Shown here: positions 20,632 to 46,659 of the stretch, piece after piece
Layout: each line of letters starts with the position of its first letter
Numbering within the stretch: the first letter of the stretch is position 1
NCBI GenBank assembly: GCA_964016885.1
Contig: OZ024750.1
Coordinates: 37,200,001-37,264,000 of the forward strand
Direction: 5' to 3'
From: Eledone cirrhosa
Taxonomy: Eukaryota
Length of the DNA stretch: 64,000 bases
Position numbers and translations under genes: made by a program
The notes under the pieces: generated by a model
Databases searched by the model: none
The model's input: the letters and a program-made list of their open reading frames with translations, nothing else
What the model was told of the DNA's origin: nothing

Positions 20632-21060
20632 TATATATATATATGTACATATATATATATATGTACATATATATATGTACATATATATATATATTTACAT
20701 ATATATATATGTACATATATATATATATGTACATATATATATATATGTACATATATGTATATATGTACATATATATATATATGTACATATATATATATAT
20801 ATGTACATATATATATATATGTACATATATATATATATGTACATATATGTATATATGTACATATATATATATATGTACATATATATATATGTATGTATAT
20901 ATATATATATGTACATATATATATATGTACATATATATATATATATATATATATGTGTGTACATATATATATATATATATATATGTACATATATATATAT
21001 ATATGTACATATATATATATATATATATATATGTACATATATATATATATATATATGTAC

Positions 21061-21135
<75 letters not shown>

Positions 21136-21139
21136 TATA

Positions 21140-21191
<52 letters not shown>

Positions 21192-21205
21192 TATATATAT
21201 ATATA

Positions 21206-21307
<102 letters not shown>

Positions 21308-21353
21308 TATATATATATATGTACATATATATATGTGTACATATATATATATA

Positions 21354-21449
<96 letters not shown>

Positions 21450-21521
21450 TATATTTACATATATATATATATATATGTACATATATATATATATATATAT
21501 GTAGATATATATATATATATA

Positions 21522-21620
<99 letters not shown>

Positions 21621-21809
21621 GTACATATATATATATATATATGTAAATATATATGTATATGTACATATATATATATATATATATATGGAAAGTTATATTT
21701 AAATTGTTGGGTTACAACTAGTAAATATTTATAACTGATATAAAAGCACTCGACAAGTATTTGGTTTACAATATTAAATAAATGGAAACTATATTTATAA
21801 AACCATATT

Positions 21810-21875
21810 TATTTCATTATATATATTTCAGGGATATCATATTAACAATATGCTATGCCTTCCTCAGACAAAATA
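21810..21875 (-). ncRNA. Type I hammerhead ribozyme, family E
   Basis: Minus strand: TATTTTGT-CTGAGGA-AGG...CCT-GAAA-TATATA-TA-ATGAAATA. Lies at one end of the AT-rich island 21687-23310. Confidence 0.7.
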
Positions 21876-23309
21876 CAATATAAACAGTTTTATAGATAAA
21901 TAGATTTGACATACCGTAACAACATCAACTTGTATTTGAAAAAGTTGAATTGGCAGTGAAAAAATTGTACACATAGAGAAAGAAAGAGAGAAAAAAGGAA
22001 AGAAAGACAGAAAACGAAGAAAAAGAAGAAATGCATGGAACAAAATAGAGAGATGGAAAGATAGATAAAGAGAAGAACTTCATGTAAAGAAGCAGAGAGA
22101 GATATATATATAGAGAGAGAGAGGAAATAGAGATAGATATATATATATAGAAAACTAGGTAGTGGGACGTCCGTTGAGTAAACGTATCAATGATACATTT
22201 ATTTATTTATTTATTTATTTAGCTCTAGTATTAATGTAAGGGAGATATATGGAGAGAAACCAGCTGTTATATAGAGAGAAAAATTTAAAAATAACCAGAC
22301 ATAAGCGAGGCGTAAAAACCCTATGTTTTAATGTATGTATAGAAACAAGCCACTATATTGTAAATATCAGTATTCCTGAATGAGACATGTACCCATAATG
22401 TGTGAAAAGTAAAGATCTTATGTTTAGTTTTTTTAAAAATTCATATGTGATAACTACAAACATCTATGTGAATTTACATGATCAACTCTGCAAACCCTAA
22501 GTTCACGGAAAACATTCTCATTGTGGTATAAAAATTTAAGTATACATATATGTGTATATATATACACACAAATATATATAGAGTCAATATTACTACTATT
22601 CCTGTCTTTACTCTACAAGATTATCTATCAAGCAGAAATAAAGAGCAGATTTCAATATACTAATAAAGATATATATCAGAAACAAAACTAAAAAATAACA
22701 ATAATAATAATAAGTAATAATAAAATAGAAAACTAAAAAATAAAAAATATTACGAAAGAATATTACATATTAAAAATATTACATATTAAAAATATTAGAA
22801 AATACTACAATAATAAAAATAAAAATAAACACAAAGATCAACCCTTCAAAATTAATTGACAATATATTGCCAAGTTCATTATAAGCATCAGAGTCGAAAA
22901 ACAGATAAAGCCAAAAATTATCTATCAAATCGCATCTAGCAAAGATCATTTCAAAAAGTTTAGGATGCCCATTTGGTCTACATGTGTTCTTATATTTAAT
23001 ATAGAAGTTTATCTAGTGTAACGTTTATTCGAAATATTTGGAGCATCAACTTTTAGGGTAGCTTAATTTTTCATGAAGAATGTTTAAATAAAAATAAAAA
23101 TAAAAATAAAAAGAATAAAAAGAAGAAATCAAAGATTTATCGGCTAGTTTCCCATATAATTATAAATCAAACTAAATATGCTACATTTTAAATTTAAATT
23201 TATATTTAAACGTTGAGTTTAATCTATGTTTGCAGCAACTGAATAAATTTGTCCGTAGATTAAGGGAATTTTTAGATTTTAGTATAAAGAATATCTCCTC
23301 TGATGCTTA

Positions 23310-26731
<3,422 letters not shown>

Positions 26732-26815
26732 AAAACAAATACTACTAATTTTCATAGAAAAAGCATATAACGATATGTGCTTTTACGATTCTCTAGAGAG
26801 GCCGGAAGATAGGTA

Positions 26816-26860
26816 AATATTGCTGATGAGTTGTAACAACAACGAAACTAGTTCAATATT
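26816..26860 (+). ncRNA. Minimal type I hammerhead ribozyme, family B
   Basis: AATATTG-CTGATGA-GTTGT AACA ACAAC-GAAA-CTAG-TT-CAATATT: perfect stems I and II, palindromic stem III. Confidence 0.9.
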
Positions 26861-27282
26861 CCTTGTCTGGCTTTCTGGAGAATAGAGGAGAGGTGTTTCC
26901 TCAAAAACCAGTATGACTCTAAAAACCGGTTTGTCTGTGTGTTTACATACAGAATAGCTGGCCACTCACAGTAAAGTGACCAGTGAAAAAACTTGGTACA
27001 CCTACATATGTATACGTGTGTGTATTCATATACATACTAGTATTTCAGTATACATATATGGATGTACATCTTTAACTTAATTGTTTAAGCGTCAGTCATA
27101 CAAAAGTGAGTTACAAACGAAACGAAATTTAATTTCGTTTCGTTATTTGTTTTTATCGTCTCTGTTGAACCGGTACTTACTCACACTCTATGCAAATTAG
27201 TCTGCCCACTACTAATTTTCATAGAAAAAGCATATAACGATATGTGCTTTTACGATTCTCTAGAGAGGCCGGAAGATAGGTA

Positions 27283-27327
27283 AATATTGCTGATGAGTTG
27301 TAACAACAACGAAACTAGTTCAATATT
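27283..27327 (+). ncRNA. Minimal type I hammerhead ribozyme, family B
   Basis: Identical to 26816-26860. Confidence 0.9.
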
Positions 27328-27580
27328 CCTTGTCTGGCTTTCTGTAGAATAGAGGAGAGGTGTTTCCTCAAAAACCAGTATGACTCTAAAAACCGGTTTG
27401 TCTGTGTGTTTACATACAGAATAGCTGGCCACTCACAGTAAAGTGACCAGTGAAAAAACTTGGTACACCTACATATGTATACGTGTGTGTATTCATATAC
27501 ATACTAGTATTTCAGTATACATATATGGATGTACATCTTTAACTTAATTGTTTATATATATGTACATATATATATATATA

Positions 27581-28724
<1,144 letters not shown>

Positions 28725-28744
28725 TATATATATATATATATATA

Positions 28745-30620
<1,876 letters not shown>

Positions 30621-30637
30621 ATATATGTACATATATA

Positions 30638-31682
30638 TATTGTTATACTTTGGGAGGGTCATGTTGCCAATAAGAAACACACGCACCAGTTGCTTTCACT
30701 TCAATTTATTATATATTTATAAATTTACAAATTTATAAATTTATAAATTTCTGGTTGGTTGGTTGGTTCCACAACCAGATAGTTGTTTATATATAGTCAT
30801 AGTCCTTTCGTCACACACTCTGTGACCTCTTCAGTGACTGGGGATTCCTTTCTTTGTTTCTGTGCCTCTCCTTTGTTCTGCCCTACGCCATTTTGTTTCT
30901 GTGTGTGTTGTGTGCTCAGTTTGCGCATCCGCCACATCCGGGTGTCTGTTCATTTATCTATTTGTTTATTTATTTATTTATTTATTTACATGTTATTGGT
31001 TGGTTGTTTGTTCTATGTGTGTGTGTGTTTTCATTTTGTCCTTAATTGTAAGTTGTGATGTTGCTGTTCCACTCATATTCTCTATTTAATTTTGGTTGTA
31101 ATTCTTTTATGTTTATTGCCTCTGTAATTTGTCTAGACATTGCATCTTTTCTGTGTGTAGATTTTATTTTTATTTCTATGTTCTCTAATTTACCCTTGTG
31201 TTCTATCTTAGCATGTTGGTAGAGTACAGATGATTCTGTATTATCTTGAAGGTCTCGCCAGTGTTCATTTATCCGTTCCCCTATACTACGAGCTGTCTCA
31301 CCTATGTACACTATATTTTTGTTTCTACATTGACCTTCAGTACATCTTATGCTATACACTACATTTCTAGTTTTACAGTTAATATGGGGGCTTATTTTAC
31401 AGGTTATACATTTCTTATCTATACATGAGGGTCTTTGAAAAGGGTATGTCTTGCTAATAAGTGTTTTTAGGGAGGTATCTGGTCTTTCTACTATCTTAAT
31501 ATTGACTTTATGTTTATATAGGGCCCTTCTAAATTTGTAGGCTAGTTCGCATCTAGGGGTTGTATCGATGAACATTACACTCTGGTATTTATTGCTATCA
31601 TACCATGAGTTTATTCTATTAACCTTGTTCCTAGTTCTTTCTATTCTATTCCAACATGACCCTCCCAAAGTATAACAATATA
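30638..31682 (-). mobile_element. Penelope-like element 3' part: Cys-rich linker, GIY-YIG endonuclease, 3' UTR with HHR (family H), short inverted tail at the 5' end
   Basis: ORF 31042-31668: [10 protein letters not shown]...[12 protein letters not shown]...[16 protein letters not shown]...EAINI...LN. 31652-31682 is the reverse complement of 30638-30666. Confidence 0.85.
30795..30839 (-). ncRNA. Minimal type I hammerhead ribozyme, family H
   Basis: Minus strand: AGTCA-CTGAAGA-G GTCAC AGAGTGT GTGAC-GAAA-GGAC-TA-TGACT; same sense as the GIY-YIG ORF. Confidence 0.72.
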
Positions 31683-31880
31683 TATATATGGGTATATATA
31701 TATATATATATATTTACATATATGTACATATATATATATGTACATATATATATATATATATGTACATATATATATATGTACATATATATATATATATATA
31801 TGTATATGTACATATATATATATATATATGTACATATATATATATATATGTATATGTACATATATATATATATATGTACG

Positions 31881-31918
<38 letters not shown>

Positions 31919-31950
31919 TGTACACATATATATATGTATATATATATATG

Positions 31951-32013
<63 letters not shown>

Positions 32014-32202
32014 GTACATATATATATATATATATATACATATATATAGATCCATGTATATATATACATATATATATATATACATATATATACATATATA
32101 TATACATATATATATACATATATATATGTATATATATATATACATATATATATACATATATATATGTATATATATATGTATATATATATGTATATATATA
32201 TG

Positions 32203-32233
<31 letters not shown>

Positions 32234-32337
32234 GTACATATATATATATACATATATATACATATATATACATATATATATATATATATACATATATATA
32301 TGTATATATATATACATATATATATGTATATATGTAC

Positions 32338-32370
<33 letters not shown>

Positions 32371-32438
32371 CATATATATACATATATATATACATATATA
32401 TACATATATATATACATATATATATACATATATATACA

Positions 32439-32490
<52 letters not shown>

Positions 32491-32567
32491 CATATATATA
32501 TATACATATATATACATATATATATATATACGTATATACATATATATATATACATATATATATATAC

Positions 32568-32600
<33 letters not shown>

Positions 32601-32641
32601 CATATATATATACATATATATATATATACATATATATATAC

Positions 32642-32742
<101 letters not shown>

Positions 32743-32757
32743 CGTATATATATATAC

Positions 32758-32830
<73 letters not shown>

Positions 32831-32841
32831 CATATATATAC

Positions 32842-32872
<31 letters not shown>

Positions 32873-32896
32873 CATATATATATACATATATATACA

Positions 32897-32993
<97 letters not shown>

Positions 32994-33267
32994 TTAATTA
33001 TACTATTTATGGTTATGTAAATGAGTAATCTTTGAAGTGTGGTAACTGCTGGAAAGCTGCCATTACTCATACTTCTCGCCTCCTTCACCACCTCTTCTAC
33101 GGCTTCGATATAAATACCCCTTCCGCCACTGTGGTATTTTCTTCGGGGTTATAAGAGGCTTAGCTCTGTTTTTCGACCGTTATATCGCGTGACTATCTCC
33201 CCCTCCGCCTTTTGGGATTCTTTCTCACGTCATGTAGACGCGTTCTTGAGACTAGTAAAATGAGGTA

Positions 33268-33357
33268 TCCTCTTGATAAGTCGGCAGACCTCGCAGGGAC
33301 TCTATATCTTTATGATGTATTATTTTTGTTTATGCCACGAAACTACGTAGTCGAGGA
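33268..33357 (+). ncRNA. Type I hammerhead ribozyme, family I (U3-A8 core variant)
   Basis: TCCTC-TTGATAA-GTCGGCA...TGCCAC-GAAA-CTACGTAG-TC-GAGGA, in island 32991-33424. Confidence 0.75.
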
Positions 33358-33479
33358 ATCTAGGAGCAGTTTAGGTATGATACATTTTATTACTAATTAT
33401 ATCTAAATGTTTCTTCTCTCTTCATATATGTACATATATATATATATGCACATATATATATATATATATGTACATATAT

Positions 33480-34801
<1,322 letters not shown>

Positions 34802-34840
34802 GATATTAATAAATGGAAACTATATTTATAAAACCATATT

Positions 34841-34905
34841 TATTTCATTATACATATTTCAGGGATACCACATTAAATTATGGTATGCCTTCATCAGACA
34901 AAATA
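34841..34905 (-). ncRNA. Type I hammerhead ribozyme, family E
   Basis: Minus strand: TATTTTGT-CTGATGA-AGG C ATACCA...TGGTAT C CCT-GAAA-TATGTA-TA-ATGAAATA; island of only about 140 bp. Confidence 0.8.
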
Positions 34906-34996
34906 CAATATATAACAGTTTTACAAATAGCTTTGACGTACATATATATATATATATGTATGTATATATATATATTATATATATGTATATATATAT

Positions 34997-35202
<206 letters not shown>

Positions 35203-35205
35203 GTG

Positions 35206-35478
<273 letters not shown>

Positions 35479-35499
35479 TATATATATATATATATGTAC

Positions 35500-35540
<41 letters not shown>

Positions 35541-35584
35541 TGTACATATATATATATACATATGTACATATATATATATATATA

Positions 35585-35712
<128 letters not shown>

Positions 35713-37083
35713 GGAGGTGAGTTTTATTGATAAAAACTTAATTTATGAATGTAAAATTATAACTAGCACCAATTCCTTCACCTATTTTGGCTCCACTTCC
35801 ACCTCTTTTAAAGCTCGTCTCTATAATCATCATTCATCTTTCAAATACAAACTTAAAAGAACTAACTCTCAGAACTCATATGGTCCTTAAAAGACAAAAA
35901 CATTAAATATAGCATCTTTTGGAAAAAGATTTCTTCTGCATCCTCATACTTGAACAGCTCTCTATCTAAAATCTGTAATCTCTGCCTAAATGAAAAATTT
36001 ACCATTATCTCTAACCTAGAATCCATAATAAATAGACGCTCAGATTTGTTTTCTATCTGCCTGCATAAATTCCATAGAACTTTTCACAAAGTATACAGTT
36101 AATATTCAATTCTTTATCAATTTAGAATCTTTTCTCAAAGGCACATATACATACACCTCTTTAAAATATACCCATCTACCTTACTTTAAAGGGCATTATA
36201 CACTCTATAATACTCGTTTACTCATTACCCTCATTCTATCTTCTCGTAAAACAATAACATTTGTTTTTGACATTTTGAATATTCATCCGCAATCATTATT
36301 ATTTTTTCTCTCTATCATAAATCTTTTTAATCTCAATTTCATCCTTAATTTATTATTATTTTTTTCTCCCCATCAACGAACTCATTATTAATACATATGA
36401 ATTCAATATACAAACTTTAACTTCACATTATTTTTCTCAAATCCTTCTACACATAAACCTTAACATTTCTCTCTTCGCTAATTTTGAAATTGCCACAATA
36501 CATACATTTCTTCTTTTGACGTTAGAATATTCACCCACAATTATTATTTTTTTTCTCTCTATCTTCATACATAATTTCCCTTCGTTAATTTTCAAATTCC
36601 TTTAATTTATACATTATCTTCCAACGGTTCCCAACCTCTCTATATTAAAACAATATATCTTTTTCTCAGTTATAAAAACTATCTCTTTCTCTCTATCACC
36701 CATCTCTCCCTCTCCACCTTCACTCTCATCTCCTCCCCCTTTTTTTCATCCTTCCCCCCCCCCCCTCCCTAAATAAAATATTTTTTCCTCGCACATATCC
36801 CCCCTTCGTTAATTTTCAAAATTTTTAATTTATACAGTATCTTCCAACGGTTTTCAACCCCTCTATATAAAAAAATATATCTCCTCTCAGTTATAAAAAC
36901 TATCTCTTTCTCTCTATCACCCATCTCTCCCTCTCATCTCCTTTCCTTCTCATCCTTTCCCCCCCCCCTCTCTAAATAAAATATTTTTCCCAATATCACA
37001 CATCAATCTAAAACCACTTTTCATATGTTGATTTAAAACTGCACTATCAACAAGTGTTTTTTAGCCTTCATATCATGTTCTCC

Positions 37084-37154
37084 TGTTTTATCTGATGAAA
37101 ACACAAATATTATTGCTTGATGATGTTTGTTTTTGAAATGCGCATAATAAAATA
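37084..37154 (+). ncRNA. Type I hammerhead ribozyme, family F
   Basis: Identical to 26150-26220. Confidence 0.82.
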
Positions 37155-37184
37155 TATGGAACTCCTTTAACCATCTTTTGATCT

Positions 37185-37623
<439 letters not shown>

Positions 37624-37916
37624 AAAACAAATAACGAAACGAAATTAAATTTCGTTTCGTTTGTAACTCACTTTTGTATGACTGACGCTTAAACAATTAA
37701 GTTAAAGATGTACATCCATATATGTATACTGAAATACTAGTATGTATATGAATACACACACGTATACATATGTAGGTGTACCAAGTTTTTTCACTGGTCA
37801 CTTTACTGTGAGTGGCCAACTATTCTGTATGTAAACACACAGACAAACCGGTTTTTAGAGTCATACTGGTTTTTGAGGAAACACCTCTCCTCTATTCTAC
37901 AGAAAGCCAGACAAGG

Positions 37917-37961
37917 AATATTGAACTAGTTTCGTTGTTGTTACAACTCATCAGCAATATT
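37917..37961 (-). ncRNA. Minimal type I hammerhead ribozyme, family B
   Basis: Reverse complement of 26816-26860. Confidence 0.9.
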
Positions 37962-38383
37962 TACCTATCTTCCGGCCTCTCTAGAGAATCGTAAAAGCAC
38001 ATATCGTTATATGCTTTTTCTATGAAAATTAGTAGTGGGCAGACTAATTTGCATAGAGTGTGAGTAAGTACCGGTTCAACAGAGACGATAAAAACAAATA
38101 ACGAAACGAAATTAAATTTCGTTTCGTTTGTAACTCACTTTTGTATGACTGACGCTTAAACAATTAAGTTAAAGATGTACATCCATATATGTATACTGAA
38201 ATACTAGTATGTATATGAATACACACACGTATACATATGTAGGTGTACCAAGTTTTTTCACTGGTCACTTTACTGTGAGTGGCCAGCTATTCTGTATGTA
38301 AACACACAGACAAACCGGTTTTTAGAGTCATACTGGTTTTTGAGGAAACACCTCTCCTCTATTCTACAGAAAGCCAGACAAGG

Positions 38384-38428
38384 AATATTGAACTAGTTTC
38401 GTTGTTGTTACAACTCATCAGCAATATT
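38384..38428 (-). ncRNA. Minimal type I hammerhead ribozyme, family B
   Basis: Reverse complement of 26816-26860. Confidence 0.9.
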
Positions 38429-38572
38429 TACCTATCTTCCGGCCTCTCTAGAGAATCGTAAAAGCACATATCGTTATATGCTTTTTCTAGTCTGCCCACT
38501 ACTAATTTTCATAGAAAAAGCATATAACGATATGTGCTTTTACGATTCTCTAGAGAGGCCGGAAGATAGGTA

Positions 38573-38617
38573 AATATTGCTGATGAGTTGTAACAACAAC
38601 GAAACTAGTTCAATATT
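38573..38617 (+). ncRNA. Minimal type I hammerhead ribozyme, family B
   Basis: Identical to 26816-26860. Confidence 0.9.
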
Positions 38618-39039
38618 CCTTGTCTGGCTTTCTGTAGAATAGAGGAGAGGTGTTTCCTCAAAAACCAGTATGACTCTAAAAACCGGTTTGTCTGTGTGTT
38701 TACATACAGAATAGTTGGCCACTCACAGTAAAGTGACCAGTGAAAAAACTTGGTACACCTACATATGTATACGTGTGTGTATTCATATACATACTAGTAT
38801 TTCAGTATACATATATGGATGTACATCTTTAACTTAATTGTTTAAGCGTCAGTCATACAAAAGTGAGTTACAAACGAAACGAAATTTAATTTCGTTTCGT
38901 TATTTGTTTTTATCGTCTCTGTTGAACCGGTACTTACTCACACTCTATGCAAATTAGTCTGCCCACTACTAATTTTCATAGAAAAAGCATATAACGATAT
39001 GTGCTTTTACGATTCTCTAGAGAGGCCGGAAGATAGGTA

Positions 39040-39084
39040 AATATTGCTGATGAGTTGTAACAACAACGAAACTAGTTCAATATT
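39040..39084 (+). ncRNA. Minimal type I hammerhead ribozyme, family B
   Basis: Identical to 26816-26860. Confidence 0.9.
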
Positions 39085-39337
39085 CCTTGTCTGGCTTTCT
39101 GTAGAATAGAGGAGAGGTGTTTCCTCAAAAACCAGTATGACTCTAAAAACCGGTTTGTCTGTGTGTTTACATACAGAATAGCTGGCCACTCACAGTAAAG
39201 TGACCAGTGAAAAAACTTGGTACACCTACATATGTATACGTGTGTGTATTCATATACATACTAGTATTTCAGTATACATATATGGATGTACATCTTTAAC
39301 TTAATTGTTTATATATATGTACATATATATATATATA

Positions 39338-39476
<139 letters not shown>

Positions 39477-40095
39477 ATTGAAATTCCAACCGTGACCATC
39501 TCCACTGGAAGTTTTCATGAAATAGTTTTTTAAGACTATACAGAGCATTTGATGTTATTCCAAATTGAAGGATAAGTGTTTCAAACTTTATTTTATCATG
39601 AGTTAAAGGTCTATAGATTTTCCCTGGATTTTACTAAATTCTGTGGATGAATTTATATCCTGATTCTCTTTTGAGATGAGTTTGAGTTATTTTTCCTAAA
39701 TCTTTCGTTAACTACTTTTCCCATCTTGACGTTATAGTCGCATATATGTTATAGAATGCCGTTAGCTTCTTGCTAAAACAATCTCTATACCTCTCATTTA
39801 TATTTATACTCGGATTCTTTTCCTAGAGTGCTTAAACTATCTGTGACTAATCCCGGTTTTTTTCATAAAAACTGTGATAATTATTGCTATTTTGCTGAAC
39901 TCCTTTGTAGAGTTTTTTTTTCAGAATGTATTTGACTGCTATTTCTTGTAAATAAACATTCACTTCCATCCTGACGTCACTAGCCCCGTTTTTTCCTCAT
40001 GTGCTTTTTCATAAATACACATGAAGGCGAACTAGCCAGTTTTAGAATTCCCTTTTTCGGATTATATTACTGTGAGAGCCCTGGTTTTCTGTTGA

Positions 40096-40177
40096 GCTCT
40101 GCTGATGATTGAAATTCCAACCGTGACCATCTCCACTGAAAGTTTTCATGAAATAGTCTTTTAAGACTATACAGAGC
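40096..40177 (+). ncRNA. Type I hammerhead ribozyme, family C
   Basis: Identical to 28317-28398. Confidence 0.85.
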
Positions 40178-40726
40178 ATTTGATGTTATTCCAAATTGAA
40201 GGATAAGTGTTTCAAACTTTATTTTATCATGAGTTAAAGGTCTATAGATTTTCCCTGGATTTTACTAAATTCTGTGGATGAATTTATATCCTGATTCTCT
40301 TTTGAGATGAGTTTGAGTTATTTTTCCTAAATCTTTCGTTAACTACTTTTCCCATCTTGACGTTATAGTCGCATATATGTTATAGAATGCCGTTAGCTTC
40401 TTGCTAAAACAATCTCTATACCTCTCATTTATATTTATACTCGGATTCTTTTCCTAGAGTGCTTAAACTATCTGTGACTAATCCCGGTTTTTTTCATAAA
40501 AACTGTGATAATTATTGCTATTTTGCTGAACTCCTTTGTAGAGTTTTTTTTTCAGAATGTATTTGACTGCTATTTCTTGTAAATAAACATTCACTTCCAT
40601 CCTGACGTCACTAGCCCCGTTTTTTCCTCATGTGCTTTTTCATAAATACACATGAAGGCGAACTAGCCAGTTTTAGAATTCCCTTTTTCGGATTATATTA
40701 CTGTGAGAGCCCTGGTTTTCTGTTGA

Positions 40727-40808
40727 GCTCTGCTGATGATTGAAATTCCAACCGTGACCATCTCCACTGAAAGTTTTCATGAAATAGTCTTTTAAGACTA
40801 TACAGAGC
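40727..40808 (+). ncRNA. Type I hammerhead ribozyme, family C
   Basis: Identical to 28317-28398. Confidence 0.85.
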
Positions 40809-41057
40809 ATTTGATGTTATTCCAAATTGAAGGATAAGTGTTTCAAACTTTATTTTATCATGAGTTAAAGGTCTATAGATTTTCCCTGGATTTTACTAAA
40901 TTCTGTGGATGAATTTATATCCTGATTCTCTTTTGAGATGAGTTTGAGTTATTTTTCCTAAATCTTTCGTTAACTACTTTTCCCATCTTGACGTTATAGT
41001 CGCATATATGTTATAGAATGCCGTTAGCTTCTTGCTAAAACAATCTCTATACCTCTC

Positions 41058-41128
<71 letters not shown>

Positions 41129-41148
41129 TATATATATATATATATATA

Positions 41149-43014
<1,866 letters not shown>

Positions 43015-43031
43015 ATATATGTACATATATA

Positions 43032-44076
43032 TATTGTTATACTTTGGGAGGGTCATGTTGCCAATAAGAAACACACGCACCAGTTGCTTTCACTTCAATT
43101 TATTATATATTTATAAATTTACAAATTTATAAATTTATAAATTTCTGGTTGGTTGGTTGGTTCCACAACCAGATAGTTGTTTATATATAGTCATAGTCCT
43201 TTCGTCACACACTCTGTGACCTCTTCAGTGACTGGGGATTCCTTTCTTTGTTTCTGTGCCTCTCCTTTGTTCTGCCCTACGCCATTTTGTTTCTGTGTGT
43301 GTTGTGTGCTCAGTTTGCGCATCCGCCACATCCGGGTGTCTGTTCATTTATCTATTTGTTTATTTATTTATTTATTTATTTACATGTTATTGGTTGGTTG
43401 TTTGTTCTATGTGTGTGTGTGTTTTCATTTTGTCCTTAATTGTAAGTTGTGATGTTGCTGTTCCACTCATATTCTCTATTTAATTTTGGTTGTAATTCTT
43501 TTATGTTTATTGCCTCTGTAATTTGTCTAGACATTGCATCTTTTCTGTGTGTAGATTTTATTTTTATTTCTATGTTCTCTAATTTACCCTTGTGTTCTAT
43601 CTTAGCATGTTGGTAGAGTACAGATGATTCTGTATTATCTTGAAGGTCTCGCCAGTGTTCATTTATCCGTTCCCCTATACTACGAGCTGTCTCACCTATG
43701 TACACTATATTTTTGTTTCTACATTGACCTTCAGTACATCTTATGCTATACACTACATTTCTAGTTTTACAGTTAATATGGGGGCTTATTTTACAGGTTA
43801 TACATTTCTTATCTATACATGAGGGTCTTTGAAAAGGGTATGTCTTGCTAATAAGTGTTTTTAGGGAGGTATCTGGTCTTTCTACTATCTTAATATTGAC
43901 TTTATGTTTATATAGGGCCCTTCTAAATTTGTAGGCTAGTTCGCATCTAGGGGTTGTATCGATGAACATTACACTCTGGTATTTATTGCTATCATACCAT
44001 GAGTTTATTCTATTAACCTTGTTCCTAGTTCTTTCTATTCTATTCCAACATGACCCTCCCAAAGTATAACAATATA
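43032..44076 (-). mobile_element. Duplicate of the Penelope-like GIY-YIG 3' fragment (family H)
   Basis: Matches 30638-31682. Confidence 0.85.
43189..43233 (-). ncRNA. Minimal type I hammerhead ribozyme, family H
   Basis: Identical to 30795-30839. Confidence 0.72.
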
Positions 44077-44276
44077 TATATATGGGTATATATATATATA
44101 TATATATATATTTACATATATGTACATATATATATATGTACATATATATATATATATATGTACATATATATATATGTACATATATATATATATATATATG
44201 TATATGTACATATATATATATATATGTACATATATATATATATATGTATATGTACATATATATATATATATGTACG

Positions 44277-44313
<37 letters not shown>

Positions 44314-44344
44314 GTACACATATATATATGTATATATATATATG

Positions 44345-44425
<81 letters not shown>

Positions 44426-44614
44426 GTACATATATATATATATATATATACATATATATAGATGCATGTATATATATACATATATATATATATACATATA
44501 TATACATATATATATACATATATATATACATATATATATGTATATATATATATACATATATATATACATATATATATGTATATATATATGTATATATATA
44601 TGTATATATATATG

Positions 44615-44645
<31 letters not shown>

Positions 44646-44751
44646 GTACATATATATATATATACATATATATACATATATATACATATATATATATATA
44701 TATACATATATATATGTATATATATATACATATATATATGTATATATGTAC

Positions 44752-44784
<33 letters not shown>

Positions 44785-44852
44785 CATATATATACATATA
44801 TATATACATATATATACATATATATATACATATATATATACATATATATACA

Positions 44853-44904
<52 letters not shown>

Positions 44905-44981
44905 CATATATATATATACATATATATACATATATATATATATACGTATATACATATATATATATACATATATATATATAC

Positions 44982-45014
<33 letters not shown>

Positions 45015-45055
45015 CATATATATATACATATATATATATATACATATATATATAC

Positions 45056-45154
<99 letters not shown>

Positions 45155-45171
45155 CGTATATATATATATAC

Positions 45172-45242
<71 letters not shown>

Positions 45243-45254
45243 CATATATATACA

Positions 45255-45288
<34 letters not shown>

Positions 45289-45312
45289 CATATATATATA
45301 CATATATATACA

Positions 45313-45399
<87 letters not shown>

Positions 45400-45673
45400 T
45401 TAATTATACTATTTATGGTTATGTAAATGAGTAATCTTTGAAGTGTGGTAACTGCTGGAAAGCTGCCATTACTCATACTTCTCGCCTCCTTCACCACCTC
45501 TTCTACGGCTTCGATATAAATACCCCTTCCGCCACTGTGGTATTTTCTTCGGGGTTATAAGAGGCTTAGCTCTGTTTTTCGACCGTTATATCGCGTGACT
45601 ATCTCCCCCTCCGCCTTTTGGGATTCTTTCTCACGTCATGTAGACGCGTTCTTGAGACTAGTAAAATGAGGTA

Positions 45674-45763
45674 TCCTCTTGATAAGTCGGCAGACCTCGC
45701 AGGGACTCTATATCTTTATGATGTATTGTTTTTGTTTATGCCACGAAACTACGTAGTCGAGGA
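45674..45763 (+). ncRNA. Type I hammerhead ribozyme, family I (U3-A8)
   Basis: Copy of 33268-33357. Confidence 0.75.
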
Positions 45764-45888
45764 ATCTAGGAGCAGTTTAGGTATGATACATTTTATTACT
45801 AATTATATCTAAATGTTTCTTCTCTCTTCATATATGTACATATATATATATATGCACATATATATATATATATATGTACATATATATA

Positions 45889-46021
<133 letters not shown>

Positions 46022-46456
46022 TTATATATATATTTATATATATATTTATATATATATATATATATGTTTATATATATATATGTTTATATATATATGTACA
46101 TATATATATATATGTACATATATATATATATGTTTATATATATATATATGTTTATATATATATATGTTTATATATATATGTACATATATATTTATATATA
46201 TATATATATCTATATATATATATATATATATATATATGTTTATATATATATATATTTATATATATATTTATATTTATATTTATATATATATTTATATATA
46301 TATTTATATATATATTTATATATGTTTATATATATATATGTTTATATATATTTGTACATATATATATATATATGTACATATATATATATATATGTTTATA
46401 TATATATATGTTTATATATATATGTACATATATATATATATATTTATATATATATT

Positions 46457-46515
<59 letters not shown>

Positions 46516-46628
46516 GTTTATATATATATATGTTTATATATATATGTACATATATATATATATGTTTATATATATATGTACATATATATATATATATATG
46601 TTTATATATATATATGTTTATATATATA

Positions 46629-46659
<31 letters not shown>

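Larger units (their letters stand above)
26741..27553 (+). mobile_element. Family B tandem 467-bp HHR monomers (retrozyme-like), about 1.7 units
   Basis: Period 467 with one HHR per unit, no credible ORF, (TA)n flanks. Confidence 0.78.
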
